Shown in pieces: positions 27,983 to 38,000 of a stretch of DNA of 64,000 nt. Both the position numbers and the translations under genes were made by a program. The DNA lies in assembly GCA_041690295.1 (NCBI GenBank), contig JAWLHR010000015.1:1-64000 (forward strand). Reading direction: 5' to 3'. The stretch is from Bdellovibrionales bacterium (GTDB lineage: Bacteria > Bdellovibrionota > Bdellovibrionia > Bdellovibrionales > UBA1609). Numbering within the stretch: position 1 is the first letter of the stretch; the number at the start of each line of letters is the position of its first letter. Below the pieces are notes generated by a model, which saw only the letters and a list, made by a program, of their open reading frames with translations, made no database searches and was not told where the DNA came from.

Positions 27983-30900
27983 ATGAAAAGAAAATGGCGC
28001 CGGTCGATATGTGTTTTTCTATCGTTTCTCCTGTGTCTTCAAACTCCGGCTTTTGGTCATGATCAGCAATTGGCCGAACGTGCCGTTGAAGCTCATGAGT
28101 TCGACGCCTTAGTTAAAAATAGCGAACAGATGCCGGCTGGGCAGCCAAGGGGGTCTTTCGCGCCTGACCGCTTCTTGCTCCTTGAGCAAGAAGTGGTGGC
28201 GCGAAATTATGTCGGGCGTTCGTTCTCATTTTTTTCCAATGTGATCGAACGGGAACTGGAAGAGCACTACGCCCGTCTGAATCGCGGGCGAAAGGTGATC
28301 GCGCAGATTCAAGCGCTCCGCAAAGCGCTCAATGACGAATCCGCGCCCGCGCGCCTTAGGGATGTCTCCGCTCAAAAAGTCGAAGCCGATTTATTGGACC
28401 ATATCGATAATGGCCGAGTGGCGGATCATCCTGTTTTTATTTGGGATGGAAAGGCCGACGCGGAACTCTTATCGACTTATGAATATCTGATTCAGGAAAT
28501 CGTAACGGGTTGGGAAACGCAGCTCCACTCACTCAGTGAAGTGAAGGAGTCGCTCACCGAAGTTCCCAACGTGACCAAAGCGCCCACGCACCGCCGCGAC
28601 CGGCTTTATAACTGGTGGGATGTTTCGGTGAATGTTTTGGAAAAGGACGGCTCCGTGGCCGACGTGATCGAGTTGCATAAGTTCGCCGATCATCGTTCGG
28701 CTGTGGGGTTGGGGGAAGGTTACTCTTGTTCGGACGGCGACACTTGCCGGTTCACGCTCAAATCCAACAAAGGTTTGGAGCTCAACCGCTTCCACATTCC
28801 GACCAAGGCCATCGCGGCTCTTGGGCCCTATGTGGTTTTCGTGCATGAAAATTCCTATAGTGCGGAAGAGGGGATTCAGTACCTTTCCTTTTTGGACCTT
28901 TCCAATTATGGCCCCTCATTGGGCTCGGCGGAAATTCCGGTGTTCCGTTTGCCGGTGTTGATGGATGAGCCGGTCAGCTCGCTTGAGGTCAGACCCGACG
29001 GGCTCAAGCTCAACGGTAAGGACACGATTCCGGTTGAAACTTTCGTGGCCGCCTCGGAGATGCAGCAAGCCGCGTTTAATATCACCGCGAACTTCGTGGA
29101 TCCGGAGTCCATCGCCGATCTTCATCCCTACATCACCTCCATCGAAACTTTATTCGAGAAAATCATCAAACACGAAGTCACCGACGCCTTGGGTGAAAAG
29201 CAGGCGACGGAATCCGCCCGGGTTTTATTGCAGAAACTGGGGCAGGACATCGTCAGCCAACTCAAGCAGAATAAATCTCTGGCCGAGTTCGCGGCTGGCA
29301 AAAAGACCCAGGTCTCGGACGAAGAGATGGCGGAATTTCCCGAGGAAGTTCGCAAGAACCTTGAGCGCTACGGTGATCAGATCGCGAAATCCGAAGAACT
29401 CAATAAACGTTTGGAAACCGTTTCCAAGCGGATCAGTTATTCGCGTCTGCTCCGAGCCAAAGTGAAGGCGTTCTTTAATCGCATCACCAGCCCGGTTCCC
29501 AATGCCAGTCTGAAAATCAAGCGGGCGCTGGTTCTAGTCGGAGCCAAGAAAGACATTGAACAGGGCCGGATCTGGAGCTTTTTGCTGGATCGTCCGTTTC
29601 TGCAGTCCTCTTTCATTCTGGCGAGCATGCTTTCTTTCATGGCGCCGGAATCCGCTTACGCCCTCATGCAAGGCGGACTCGCGATCGGTAACGGAATTTT
29701 CGATTATTTGAAATTCGCGCTCTTGGGAATCAGTGAGGCGGCTTACGTGGGAACCAAGGCCACGCTCTCACCTTTTCTTGATTTGGCGGCGCCCTTCACC
29801 GAGCACATCGATTCCAAGATCTACAAACAGTACATCGCGGACGGCAACTTATTTAAGACTCTGGTCGGCATGAGCACTTATGTGCCGTTTGTCCTGGGGA
29901 TCTACTACATCTTTCACCTCATCTTTAACGCGCACAAGATTTTCATCGACTACCGCGAACCCGATTGGAACGGTTTTGTGGACCATCAAAAGAAATTCTT
30001 CGAGGAGTATTATCAACGTTTGGCCAATGACGAGGCCAAACGCCGCAAGTTGACCGAGGAAAAAGAAGTCCAGGTCAAATATTCCGACGAGGAAATTGAG
30101 GAGATCAAACAGTGGGTGGAGCAACGTAAGAGCACGAGCCCCGCTTACAATCCGGGCTTCCTTACCCGCGCCTGGCGATCCACCAAGGATGCGCTCGGAA
30201 AGTTGGTGGGCAAGCGTTGGAAATTGCGTGATGACGGACTGTGGAAGGCGCTTCTTGGCGTGACGTTCTCGTTCCCGGCGATGGAGTTGACGCTGTCCCG
30301 GTGGGCGAGGTTTTGGAACTGGTTCGCGGGAATGCGGTTCAATACGGTCGGCTTCCTCACGCTCAAGGATCTGGGACTTAAATACAACATGCCCATCTTC
30401 GTGCGCTTGAAGCCGATCACCGCTTCGGTGCGATTGGCCTTTCCGGACTTTTTCAACACGGTCGTGGCCAAAAGAGGTCCTAAACTCACTTTGCCCACTC
30501 AACTGAACGGCGGAACCCGGTTTTGGGGAGTTCGCGACGGCATCTGGTTAAAAGAGGCGCTCCTTGGCCGATCTTCCGCTCAAGTTCAGATGGAACAGGA
30601 AGTTGAGCGCGAGTTGACCCGCTCGGAATTGAAGGCGGTCACGGAGAATTTCGAAGACTCCATCATTGATGTGGAAAACGCCGTTTATCAGGTGGCGTTC
30701 CGCGCGGCCCTGAAACGCTTGCCGGAGTTCATCGCGAACAAAGATGAAATCCTCGCCATCTTCAAAGACAAACCGTTGAAGAGTGTCGTGGAGAAAAGAG
30801 TTGGCGAATTGCCGGTGAAGGTGCGCACGTTCCTGCGGTTGTTCTTTGAGGAAGTCTACATCGCCACCATGACGGATTATCTCGATCAGATGATCGCTCG

Positions 30901-32125
30901 TGATGAGAACGACGAGGCGGCGGTTAAGATGACACCGGCTCAAATGAAGAAGTGGATTCTCGAGATGCGCCGGCGCACGGGCGATAAATCTCCGTTCGCT
31001 TTTGATCCCGCGCAGGCCGCCGCGATCGCGGCCCGGCACGGTGAGCGCCAGGACATTTTTGAACGGGTATCCAAGCAAGCGAAGAAGGGAGAATTTTCGC
31101 TCAAGAATTGGCTCACGAACCGGAAGTTCAATGTCGTGGCTGATATGGATCCGGAACAAAACGGTTCGATGAAACGCTTTTCCGTGGTGCAGGAGCGATT
31201 GAAATCGCCCAACGCGCTTTCGCGCGCCGTGAGGGCGGAAATTTCCAAACTGCTTGTCACCTTTCCGCTGGATATGGCGTTTAAATTATTCTTCGCCGCG
31301 GGAATTTTTGAAGGCGCTTACAAGCCCATTCAGGATGAACTCTGGGGACCGAACTCCGTTTTCTATTTGTCCCGCGACTCGTTCTACATGATCACGGCGA
31401 GCGGATTCGCCATGAGCATGATGGCTGACGTGTGGGTCAAACTGCAGCAGGATCAGCGTCAGGACGACATGGGTGATTTCGGCTTGGTGCCCAAGGGTGA
31501 AGACGCGGAGAAATCATTCGTCCGTTGGTACGCGAAACAGTTCAACGCCAAGAACAATTCTTTGCTCGCCAACTGGGTGTTCGCCAACAAGATCGCGTTC
31601 TGGAACATTCCGGCCGCTTTGGCGAACATCGGACTTTTTAATTACATGTTCTCCGGCCGTTTGGATTTAAGTTATCTGCTGGGGATTTACGTGGTCGGGT
31701 TCGGAACGCCGTTCTCCGCGCTTTACTACAAAGTCGATCAGGCCTTTGAACGATCAGCCGAGTACGCGGCCCGCGGAATTCCGGATGAAAAGTGGCTGGC
31801 TCATCCTTTGGTGAGAGAAGTCGTGACTCACGAGTCGCAGTATTATCGCAACCGCTTTCAGCTTTTGAGTGATGCTTACCAAAACATGCAAAACAATTGG
31901 CTGCTCAACGTGCAGATGATTCCCACCTCCTACGGCACCAAAGGATTCTTGCGATCGGTTTTCGGCGGTCCGCTGGTGGAAGAAGCCATCGTGGAAAAAG
32001 TGCTCATGCCGCTCAAGGGCATAACCCATAACATTCCGGTTGTGGGACCAACCGTGGAGTGGGCCGCGGGTCTCTGCGAGCATGTTTTAACCAACAACAA
32101 TACCGATTTACGTATAAAGCGATAA
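27983..32125 (+). CDS. Very large secreted/membrane hypothetical protein A (1380 aa)
   Basis: Long ORF, signal peptide (AFG), clusters of hydrophobic helices in the middle and C-terminal parts, CEHVL near the C-terminus. Confidence 0.85.
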   Translation: MKRKWRRSICVFLSFLLCLQTPAFGHDQQLAERAVEAHEFDALVKNSEQMPAGQPRGSFAPDRFLLLEQEVVARNYVGRSFSFFSNVIERELEEHYARLNRGRKVIAQIQALRKALNDESAPARLRDVSAQKVEADLLDHIDNGRVADHPVFIWDGKADAELLSTYEYLIQEIVTGWETQLHSLSEVKESLTEVPNVTKAPTHRRDRLYNWWDVSVNVLEKDGSVADVIELHKFADHRSAVGLGEGYSCSDGDTCRFTLKSNKGLELNRFHIPTKAIAALGPYVVFVHENSYSAEEGIQYLSFLDLSNYGPSLGSAEIPVFRLPVLMDEPVSSLEVRPDGLKLNGKDTIPVETFVAASEMQQAAFNITANFVDPESIADLHPYITSIETLFEKIIKHEVTDALGEKQATESARVLLQKLGQDIVSQLKQNKSLAEFAAGKKTQVSDEEMAEFPEEVRKNLERYGDQIAKSEELNKRLETVSKRISYSRLLRAKVKAFFNRITSPVPNASLKIKRALVLVGAKKDIEQGRIWSFLLDRPFLQSSFILASMLSFMAPESAYALMQGGLAIGNGIFDYLKFALLGISEAAYVGTKATLSPFLDLAAPFTEHIDSKIYKQYIADGNLFKTLVGMSTYVPFVLGIYYIFHLIFNAHKIFIDYREPDWNGFVDHQKKFFEEYYQRLANDEAKRRKLTEEKEVQVKYSDEEIEEIKQWVEQRKSTSPAYNPGFLTRAWRSTKDALGKLVGKRWKLRDDGLWKALLGVTFSFPAMELTLSRWARFWNWFAGMRFNTVGFLTLKDLGLKYNMPIFVRLKPITASVRLAFPDFFNTVVAKRGPKLTLPTQLNGGTRFWGVRDGIWLKEALLGRSSAQVQMEQEVERELTRSELKAVTENFEDSIIDVENAVYQVAFRAALKRLPEFIANKDEILAIFKDKPLKSVVEKRVGELPVKVRTFLRLFFEEVYIATMTDYLDQMIARDENDEAAVKMTPAQMKKWILEMRRRTGDKSPFAFDPAQAAAIAARHGERQDIFERVSKQAKKGEFSLKNWLTNRKFNVVADMDPEQNGSMKRFSVVQERLKSPNALSRAVRAEISKLLVTFPLDMAFKLFFAAGIFEGAYKPIQDELWGPNSVFYLSRDSFYMITASGFAMSMMADVWVKLQQDQRQDDMGDFGLVPKGEDAEKSFVRWYAKQFNAKNNSLLANWVFANKIAFWNIPAALANIGLFNYMFSGRLDLSYLLGIYVVGFGTPFSALYYKVDQAFERSAEYAARGIPDEKWLAHPLVREVVTHESQYYRNRFQLLSDAYQNMQNNWLLNVQMIPTSYGTKGFLRSVFGGPLVEEAIVEKVLMPLKGITHNIPVVGPTVEWAAGLCEHVLTNNNTDLRIKR

Positions 32126-32210
32126 AATTTAGTCTTGACACGCCTGGGGCGGTTTTCGCCCCCACGTCGATATATTGACAAATATGTCGGTTCGGTAAGA
32201 TGTCACACGC

Positions 32211-35200
32211 ATGATATCTCGCCGAACCTTCAAAAGATGGGTGAGTGCGATTGTTGCCGTCGCTATTTCTGTCATTACTCCGGCTCCCTTAAACGCCACC
32301 AATTCCTTCACCGAATTCACTCCGGATTTTAATTTCAAAGGCCTTCAAGCCCGTGATCCTCTTTTTAAGGAATTCGCCAACGCGCCATGGGCGCCGCCCC
32401 GGATAGGGCCGTTTGAGGCGAGTGATCCGATCCTCGATGCGGATCCGTTCTTCATGCGCTCGCAGAGTTTTGGCGCGGCGATCAGCCCCAGGGATGAAAC
32501 CTCTTTCTCCTTCGATGGGCGATCCCTTCGCATTCAGTTGGCCGGAACGGATCAATCGTTAATCATTCATCAACCGCTGAAGCCTCTTTTTCAATTGGAT
32601 CCGTTCTTGTTCTTCCAGGTGACGGATAAACGCTTGTTCGAGGAAAGAGGAACAGGGGATGATTACGGCGAGGGAATATTTTTTCTCGATTCGCGATACC
32701 TTCGGACCGAATTGGCGAAGCCAAATGACCGCCGCCCGGTGCCTGTGTTCTTTATCCCCTTGGATGGAACCGGATGGACCGGGCCGATTCAGATGATCGG
32801 GGTGGACCTGTTCAACACGGTGGCCATTCGCAATGCCAATGGTGAAACGGCGAGTTTCGATCTTCAACACATCGCCGAGTTGGCTAAAGCGCTTCACAAT
32901 AACGTCATTCTCGCCACCGTCATGGCTTTGAAACATGATCCGCGGGCCGCTCAAGAATTACGACGTGGTGCTCAAAGAGGACTGCCGGGCACACTGGAAT
33001 TGCCTTTCGCCTTGCCACCACGCGGGAGCACGGCGGCTTTCGGTTTGTTTTTCACCGGTGTGAATTTGGATAATCCCGCCCACGGTGTGAGACCTGTGAT
33101 TGCCCGCGCCGGTTTCGATTTCTCGCTGCTGCCGCGGGCGCACGCAAGCGATCTTCTTTCGCCGGACGTTCTCGACCGGTTGCTGATCGTGGGGCAGGTG
33201 ACGGGAGTTACTTTCATCCTCAGTTGGCTCGCGCAACACACGATTTTGAGACAGACCATGAGAGATCGGCGTGACTTTGTCGAGGCCCGCGAGGATCGGG
33301 CCCGCGCGCGAAAAGGAGAACCGCCCCCGGATCGCAGCACGGTCTTTTATAAAATCAAAAGGTACGGCGCTGAAACGGTGGATGTCTTCTCCCACAGTTT
33401 GTCGGCGCTGGCTTCGGGACCGGTCGCGGCCACGGGTTATGCGCTGGAGTATATCGCGGATCGATATTTGGGGAAAACCGGGCGCTCTCCGAATGGATTG
33501 ATCCGGAGATTTCTGGATAAGACACTTCTTTATTCCCGCCGCCAGAACGAAATGATTCTGGTGAATTGGAATACTTTTTTCCTCGGTGTGGTGATCCTTG
33601 GCGGTATTGATTCGCTGGGCGTGGTGATTCAGCTTCTTTACGCCAGTCCGATTTTCTTCCCTTGGGTGGGTAGCCTGATCAGCCCCGAGATGGAACAAAA
33701 GGCCCTGCAGCAGTTTTCAGGGCAGGATATCGAAGCCAATAACATTATCACTTCCGAAGTGATGCGCAATCTGACCGCGTATTTCGTGACCGGTGCTTAT
33801 TCCTACTCGGCCAATCAGAGAAACATCTTGCTGGAGATCGTTCGGCCAGAGGTCGAACGGCAAATGGCCCTTGAGGGAAAAGACTTCAATGATCCGCGTT
33901 TTTTGGGCGAGTACAATCACCGGATCGAGACGAGGCTGGAACTCATGTTGGTCGAGCGCGGCTTGCCGACCAATAAGGAATTTCTCTTCAGCGGCCCGTC
34001 ACTTATGCGGTCGATCGCTCATCTGATGGGCTACAAGGTGGATCGCGAGAAACTTTATCAAAGCCGCGACTTCAAACCGGATATGGATTTAAGCGGGATT
34101 CCTGAAAATGAAAGGCGGGAACTCCTGCAAAAGGCCGAACGGGAACGGCGGATCTCGAGCCAAATCGACCGGCTCTTGCGCGAAGCGGCCCAGTTTCCCG
34201 AAAACGCGACGGAATATGAACAGCTCAAACGTTCGGCCGAAACTTTTAAAACGGCGTTAGTGAGAAATCTCGAGGCTCAGTTTGACCGCGAAACCTTCGC
34301 GCTGGAAAGGGCGCGATGGGGATTGGCCGGGCACGCTCTTAAACGTGCGCTTTTCGCCGCGATCGAAATGAGCGAGCGGCATCCCGAGAATGAAAACCTG
34401 CGAAACGCCGTGGCGCTATTGCGTGAAACACGACGAAAGTTTCATGTCTTTTGGAATCTGCTGCGTAATCCGTTAAGGGCTCCATCCGCATTCAAGGAGG
34501 CCTATCGAATCCGGAAAATTCTCGCGCTTCTCAGTTATGAAGGGCCGGTGTTGATCCTTGAAGCGGTTAAATACTTGGACCTTTGGGAGGAAGCCAAGGC
34601 GTCACCTGGAGGCGCGCAATGGGCGGCGCGCCTTTACCGCCAAGCCTTATTCGGCTTGATCGAAAACCGACCCGGTTACTTGCAACCCAGTGAATCGGAT
34701 TTGCGGGAGAAATTGCCGGCCGCGCTCCAAGAAGCGGATGAAGTGATCCGAAATCTTCCGCCGGAACTGGAGATGGACGAGACTGATCGGGAAATCATCG
34801 CGGTTGAAATCGTAAAACAGAAAGCCATTGAAGAGCAGTTGCGCCGCCGCAGGGAAAGCTGGCGTCCGCGCGAGCCGGACAACTTGGATTTCATCATGAC
34901 CCGGGCCCAGCGCGGTCATGCTCACCGGGAAGCGATGATCGCCGTCGTGCGGGCGTCGGGCAAACCAATGCCCCGTGATCCCATGATTGAAGCGGCGTTG
35001 GCCTCGGGTCACTCGGAGTGGATCATGCAGTTCACGGGTTCCGACACCCGAGTGGCGCGATTCGCGGAGCCTCTCTTGGTTGAGAATCCGGAATTGGTGC
35101 CGGTTTACCGCGAGGCCTTCCGGCGGGCGATGGCGGAAACCTTGAGTCTTGAGGTCCTTCCCCCGGAGCAAAGCGCTCTGGTTCGCGAAGTTCAAGAGAT

Positions 35201-35939
35201 GGCGGAAAAGGAACTGGAGTTGAATCTGGCCGAGAACGCCGAATGGCGGAGTTACATGAGTGGATTGGACGAGATTGATCGCATCCGTTTCATGACTCAT
35301 CAGTATGCCGACTCCTTTCTGACGAAGTACGCCGATTTGACCGTGAGCCGGTCGGACAAGGTGCCTCTCGATTCGCCGGAACAGCCGGGCTTTTTTCAGA
35401 AATTGCGCAAACTGCGCGTCGCCCAAGGCGAAGGCTTTTGGGCGCAAAGGATGCGCACCCTTCTTCGCGCTTTGGAATCACCCATGGACACTTCGGCGTA
35501 CAAACCCGGATTCACCAATTGGTGCCGCCGCAATATTCCCTGGTTTCAGGACTTCAGAGCGCAAGGAACCATGATCGCTCGGAACGTTTGGACCGCTCTG
35601 ACCGTCACTTACCTGGTTCAGTATTACGTTTGGCAGGTGAAATTCGCCTGGCCGACTTGGATCTTCTTCTACTTTACCGGCGCATTGACCAGTATTTTAA
35701 GTTATTGGCTGGATCGATTGATGATCAACACCGGCGTTCGGCCCATGGAAGATATCGTTTCCAAAATCAGGTACAGCGTGATTTACACATGGCTCACTTA
35801 CCCGAGCTACATTCCGTTTTTCCTTTTTTACGACCGCTTCAACAGCTTTTGGGCGAAATGGGTCGCCACACCCTTCGGGCAATATGTGGTCCGTCCCCTT
35901 GGGCGGACCTGCGAGCAATTGTTGCAGAATCTGTTTTAG
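32211..35939 (+). CDS. Very large secreted/membrane hypothetical protein B (1242 aa), distant paralog of A
   Basis: Long ORF, signal peptide, hydrophobic helices, motifs shared with A, CEQLL near the C-terminus. Confidence 0.85.
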   Translation: MISRRTFKRWVSAIVAVAISVITPAPLNATNSFTEFTPDFNFKGLQARDPLFKEFANAPWAPPRIGPFEASDPILDADPFFMRSQSFGAAISPRDETSFSFDGRSLRIQLAGTDQSLIIHQPLKPLFQLDPFLFFQVTDKRLFEERGTGDDYGEGIFFLDSRYLRTELAKPNDRRPVPVFFIPLDGTGWTGPIQMIGVDLFNTVAIRNANGETASFDLQHIAELAKALHNNVILATVMALKHDPRAAQELRRGAQRGLPGTLELPFALPPRGSTAAFGLFFTGVNLDNPAHGVRPVIARAGFDFSLLPRAHASDLLSPDVLDRLLIVGQVTGVTFILSWLAQHTILRQTMRDRRDFVEAREDRARARKGEPPPDRSTVFYKIKRYGAETVDVFSHSLSALASGPVAATGYALEYIADRYLGKTGRSPNGLIRRFLDKTLLYSRRQNEMILVNWNTFFLGVVILGGIDSLGVVIQLLYASPIFFPWVGSLISPEMEQKALQQFSGQDIEANNIITSEVMRNLTAYFVTGAYSYSANQRNILLEIVRPEVERQMALEGKDFNDPRFLGEYNHRIETRLELMLVERGLPTNKEFLFSGPSLMRSIAHLMGYKVDREKLYQSRDFKPDMDLSGIPENERRELLQKAERERRISSQIDRLLREAAQFPENATEYEQLKRSAETFKTALVRNLEAQFDRETFALERARWGLAGHALKRALFAAIEMSERHPENENLRNAVALLRETRRKFHVFWNLLRNPLRAPSAFKEAYRIRKILALLSYEGPVLILEAVKYLDLWEEAKASPGGAQWAARLYRQALFGLIENRPGYLQPSESDLREKLPAALQEADEVIRNLPPELEMDETDREIIAVEIVKQKAIEEQLRRRRESWRPREPDNLDFIMTRAQRGHAHREAMIAVVRASGKPMPRDPMIEAALASGHSEWIMQFTGSDTRVARFAEPLLVENPELVPVYREAFRRAMAETLSLEVLPPEQSALVREVQEMAEKELELNLAENAEWRSYMSGLDEIDRIRFMTHQYADSFLTKYADLTVSRSDKVPLDSPEQPGFFQKLRKLRVAQGEGFWAQRMRTLLRALESPMDTSAYKPGFTNWCRRNIPWFQDFRAQGTMIARNVWTALTVTYLVQYYVWQVKFAWPTWIFFYFTGALTSILSYWLDRLMINTGVRPMEDIVSKIRYSVIYTWLTYPSYIPFFLFYDRFNSFWAKWVATPFGQYVVRPLGRTCEQLLQNLF

Positions 35940-35976
35940 CCTGAATTTACGCTAATTTAGGCCGGAAAAATGCCTA

Positions 35977-36005
35977 TTGACGCTCGTCGGGCGTACCCTT
36001 ATCTT
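35977..36005 (+). promoter_or_regulatory. Sigma-70 promoter of tRNA-Leu
   Basis: TTGACG-N17-TATCTT ending 10 nt before the tRNA. Confidence 0.7.
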
Positions 36006-36014
36006 TGTGCCAAT

Positions 36015-36101
36015 CCCCAGGTGGCGAAATTGGTAAACGCACCAGCTTGAGGGGCTGGCGCCCGCAAGGGTTTGCTGGTTCAAGTCCAGTCCTGGGGACC
36101 A
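36015..36101 (+). tRNA. tRNA-Leu(GAG)
   Basis: Acceptor stem CCCCAGG/CCTGGGG, discriminator A, encoded CCA; anticodon arm CCAGC-TTGAGGG-GCTGG; long variable arm; GGTTCAAGTCC T arm. Confidence 0.97.
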
Positions 36102-36145
36102 TTTTCCTTTCGGCCTCCCTCAGGTCGTCGGCTTCCCTGCTTCCT

Positions 36146-36161
36146 TGTGACGTGAATCATA
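36146..36161. promoter_or_regulatory. CRP/FNR-family-like box upstream of queD
   Basis: TGTGA-CGTGAA-TCATA matches TGTGA-N6-TCACA at 9 of 10 positions. Confidence 0.4.
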
Positions 36162-36199
36162 TCTTCCGCTAGATTGAAAAGGTTAAAACTAAACTTCGC

Positions 36200-36616
36200 A
36201 TGTACCACATCACCAAGAAGTTTCGGTTTGAGGCCGCGCACCGCTTGATCGCGCCTTATTCGGGCAAGTGTTCCAATTTGCATGGCCATTGCTGGGTCGT
36301 GAAAGTCCATGTTCGTGCCCCTCACCTTGATGAGCGGGGTTTTGTGAAAGATTTCGTCGAGCTAAAACCGCTCGAGCAGTGGATACGAGAGAACCTTGAT
36401 CATGGGACTCTGGTTTCCGAACGTGATTTACGATTGCTGGAATGGCTCGAGGAAAATTCGCAAAAGCATTATCTTTTTCCGGTGAATCCCACCTCGGAGG
36501 CGATCGCGAAATTGCTTTTCGATGTGGGTCGAAATCTGAGTCTGGAAATCGATCGGGTGGAAATCCGGGAGACCTCGACCGCCTCGGCCGGGTTCATCGG
36601 CGTCGGGGAGTGTTGA
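36200..36616 (+). CDS. queD: 6-carboxy-5,6,7,8-tetrahydropterin synthase
   Basis: FEAAHRL, CSNLHGH, DF, LDH, PTSEAIA, ET motifs. Confidence 0.92.
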   Translation: MYHITKKFRFEAAHRLIAPYSGKCSNLHGHCWVVKVHVRAPHLDERGFVKDFVELKPLEQWIRENLDHGTLVSERDLRLLEWLEENSQKHYLFPVNPTSEAIAKLLFDVGRNLSLEIDRVEIRETSTASAGFIGVGEC

Positions 36617-36620
36617 ACTA

Positions 36621-37208
36621 TCACTTCCGGTCGTTCGCCATGAAAGCCACCAGATCTTTATGATCGGCTTTCACTCCGTCGAGCGCTTTGCGCGGCACAC
36701 CTTCCTTATCCAGATAGACCAATCGATTGGAATGCGCGAAACCGCCTTCCTTTTCTTTGGCGTAGGTGATGCCCAGAACCGCGGCGAGTTCACGAACATC
36801 GGCGGCGGATCGCGGTGAAAGCATGGTCCAAGGTTCACGGTTTATTTTTCTTTCCTTGAGATATTCCGCCACCCGGCGCGGATTGTCGCGTTCGTGGTCA
36901 AACGAGGCCAGTACGATTTTGTAATTCCTTACGCCTTTCTTTTTCAGATCGGTTTCAATCTCCTTAAGCTTGGCGATCATCAGCGGGCAAGTGTACTGGC
37001 AATGAGTGTAGATCATCGTCATGAGGATTTTCTTGCCGTGGAAATCGGCCAAGCGGATTTCTTTGCCGGAGGGATCAAGCCAGATCGTTTCGATGTTATA
37101 AACCGATTCACCTTTGAACTCGGGCGCGCTCGCTTTGTTTTTTTGATCGGCCCCACAGGTCACGGCAAGCACGAGGGCGAGCGCCAATAATGATTTTCTT
37201 TTACTCAT
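36621..37208 (-). CDS. SCO family copper chaperone
   Basis: YTHCQYTCP (CxxxC), SFD..RD, FAHS; signal peptide. Confidence 0.9.
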   Translation of the reverse strand: MSKRKSLLALALVLAVTCGADQKNKASAPEFKGESVYNIETIWLDPSGKEIRLADFHGKKILMTMIYTHCQYTCPLMIAKLKEIETDLKKKGVRNYKIVLASFDHERDNPRRVAEYLKERKINREPWTMLSPRSAADVRELAAVLGITYAKEKEGGFAHSNRLVYLDKEGVPRKALDGVKADHKDLVAFMANDRK

Positions 37209-37992
37209 TTCTTTCTCCTTTCACGCACCGAAACCCCAAGTTTCTGATCGTGGAGGTTCCCTTCAAAGAGGAGCGGAACGCGAACCGCATAAACGCCGGA
37301 TAATTTTCCTTATTGCCGCCCGCCAATGACCCCGCGGCGCACACCAACTCACGCTCAATCGAACCGTTGGTTCGGCTCTCGCCGGAGATTAAACTGGAGT
37401 TGAAATCTTCAATCCATTCCCAAATCAATCCATGAAGATCGTAAAGGCCGTAGTAGTTGGGTTTGCCGCGGCCGACTGGGGGCACAGGTCCGCTCCCCGG
37501 TGGCTTGTTGTACCATTCGATCAGGCGGGCGAGATAATCCGGATCTTCGCTGGCATCGGCTTTCGTTTCACTGGCGGCGCCCAAATATTCCCACTCCGCA
37601 AGTGAGGGGAGCCTGAGCCCATGGCTTTCACAATAGGCCCGGGCGGCGAACCACGATACGTAGGTCACCGGTGCCCGGGGGTGGATCTCTTTTTTTAAGC
37701 GCAAGTCGGACGCGAACTGCTCAAGATAGGACGGGTCGGCGAATATCCTTTTGATTTTCGATTTGCGCCATTTTGGATTGGCGCGAACGAAGTCGACATA
37801 CTCCGAATTGGTGACAGGAAGATTCATGGCATGAAAAGGTGGAATTCTGATTTTCTCCTGCTCGCCGGTGATGTCCGTCGGCGCGATCCAAAACGGCTTA
37901 AGTTCACCGCCCGGAATTTGAACCAAACGCGGCTTGATCTGGTTGGCGTGAGCCGTGAAAAAAATGAAGGCCAGCGTGAGAACATGAAGCAT
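37201..37992 (-). CDS. FGE-sulfatase-domain protein (NirV-like)
   Basis: PVTNSEY, PVTYVSWFAARAYC, RLPSLAEWEY, PN.YGLYDLHGLIWEW, LGFRC; directly downstream of nirK. Confidence 0.88.
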   Translation of the reverse strand: MLHVLTLAFIFFTAHANQIKPRLVQIPGGELKPFWIAPTDITGEQEKIRIPPFHAMNLPVTNSEYVDFVRANPKWRKSKIKRIFADPSYLEQFASDLRLKKEIHPRAPVTYVSWFAARAYCESHGLRLPSLAEWEYLGAASETKADASEDPDYLARLIEWYNKPPGSGPVPPVGRGKPNYYGLYDLHGLIWEWIEDFNSSLISGESRTNGSIERELVCAAGSLAGGNKENYPAFMRFAFRSSLKGTSTIRNLGFRCVKGERNE

Positions 37993-38000
37993 TTCCTATC

